A stretch of 52,624 bases of DNA, filler included, from Squatina squatina (taxonomy: Eukaryota): assembly GCA_031763465.1 (NCBI GenBank). It is 3 parts of 3 records of this genome, joined end to end, with 100 filler letters (N's around TTAATTAATTAA, not from the genome) between each part and the next. Parts side by side here need not be neighbours in the genome. Positions count along the whole stretch, not along the records: positions 30,973 to 52,624 come from JARFOE010000162.1; 2 more parts are not named here. One strand, written 5' to 3'. This document shows positions 51,357-52,624 of the stretch, in pieces. Positions within the stretch are counted from its first letter, which is position 1, and every line of letters starts with the position of its first letter. Both the position numbers and the translations under genes were made by a program. The notes below the pieces were generated by a model. That model was given only the letters and a program-made list of their open reading frames with translations. It searched no databases and was not told the origin of the DNA.

Positions 51357-51535
51357 AGTGCGAGCGGAGATGGAACAACTGGGAAAGAAGGCAGAAGATC
51401 TGATAACAGCAATGATAAACTCAGCAAGTCCCAGCAGCTAAAGCAAGTCTTCAAAGAATACGGAGCTGTGGGAGTGGTATTTCACACTGGAATATCACTG
51501 ACCTCACTTGGAATGTTTTATCTGGCTGTTTCAAG
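51357..51535 (+). CDS. FAM210B: FAM210B exon 2 (DUF1279 start)
   Basis: CTCAG|...|GTGAGT; KLSKSQQLKQVFKEYGAVGVVFHTGISLTSLGMFYLAVS; lies between MC3R and AURKA. Confidence 0.92.
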
Positions 51536-52057
51536 GTGAGTCTTGCGAAGGATCCATTTTTAAATGGGACGAGTGCTGCNNNNNNNNNNNNNNNNNNNNN
51601 NNNNNNNNNNNNNNNNNNNNNNNNNNNNNNNNNNNNNNNNNNNNNNNNNNNNNNNNNNNNNNNNNNNNNNNNNNNNNNNTAAGTAAAGAGCATCACCAAT
51701 TACCCACTGAGCCAGCAGTGGAGTGAATGTTGCCACACAGACTCAGAAGTGTCTCGATCTGCAACACTCGAGGTGTATGTCTGAAATGAAATCAAAGCAT
51801 CATGGATTAACTGTGCATTGACTAGATTCAGATCCCACAAACAATTTAAACCAATTCAAAGATTTTTTTTTTTTTAAAAAGATGCTAGTTCCACCCTTTA
51901 AATCACTGACCATTGCATATATGCTAAACTGGATAATGAATATAGGCCATTAAACACCTTCAGACCATTTTGCTCCAGCTTAAAAGATACATAATTTCTA
52001 TTGTAGTTGAGCGGCAGCATAGAATAGAAGGTTTACAAGTTTGTCCAGGTCACTTAC

Positions 52058-52232
52058 TTTAGAAATTCTCCTGAAGGTTTCTTGACGATCTGCTGCTTCA
52101 AATGGAGGATGGCCGACTAAAAATTCATAACAAAGAACACCAAGACTCCAAAGGTCAACCTTCTCATCATGCATTTTCCCCTCAATCATCTCTGGCGGCA
52201 GATAGTCCAGGGTACCACACAATGTCGCTCTC
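52058..52232 (-). CDS. AURKA: Aurora kinase A exon (activation loop to subdomain X)
   Basis: 175-nt exon TTTTAG|...|GTAAGT; [46 protein letters not shown]; paralog assigned by synteny. Confidence 0.92.
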
Positions 52233-52467
52233 CTAAAACAAAAAGTGCCTTTTAGTATACATTACATCATGCACATTAATTCAGTGTTTCTAGCCAGTTA
52301 GCATTGTATGCTACACCGTGAAACCAAAGCCTGAAAATGATTGGGGATGGGGGAAGGGAAAAGAGCTTGTCCTAATATTTAGGAATTTAAACTAACAGCA
52401 ATCTGCTGAACTTGGGTGTAAATGGGGGACTGATACATAAATATAAAAATATACACACACGGTAGAG

Positions 52468-52624
52468 AAGGGGGGGGGCGGCCAATTCGGCTGTTAATGT
52501 CCGCGCTAAACGGGCGTTAACAGCCTAACTACGTTTTTCGACGCATACTTTTGCGCTCACCAATTCAGGCGCCCCAATCCCGGGCGCTAAAGTAGTGCTG
52601 GACTGGGAGCATTCGAAACGCAGT
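52468..52624. mobile_element. GC/CpG-rich DNA-transposon-like end
   Basis: Abrupt shift to CpG-rich GGCCAATTCGG...GGGCGCTAA sequence like the other Harbinger-type ends in the window. Confidence 0.4.

Overview
Eukaryotic, vertebrate DNA, most likely from a cartilaginous fish (shark-type CR1/L2 LINEs, SacSINE1/DeuSINE-like and Penelope-like repeats, shark-like MC3R). It is not contiguous genome: it consists of ~0.5-5 kb contigs joined by 100-N (and a few 10-N) gaps, with two artificial 44N-TTAATTAATTAA-44N spacers dividing it into three blocks. Block 1 (1-17059) holds isolated exons of HERC1, DAPK2 (including the ZIPK-like DRP-1beta terminal exon), TBC1D2B, IDH3A, DNAJA4, WDR61/SKIC8 and CRABP1, plus a decayed hAT transposase. 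Block 2 (17160-30872) is mostly non-coding, with one ADHFE1 exon. Block 3 (30973-52624) has the CBLN4-MC3R-FAM210B-AURKA synteny. The most interesting signal is not in the ORF track: three minus-strand exons between CBLN4 and MC3R, two of which splice in frame into a formin FH2 segment. This is probably the PH-domain-containing formin (PHCF) subtype reported as lost in placental mammals. A hemicentin Ig exon also sits out of synteny in this interval. Gene names come from my recall of vertebrate protein sequences; no database search was run.
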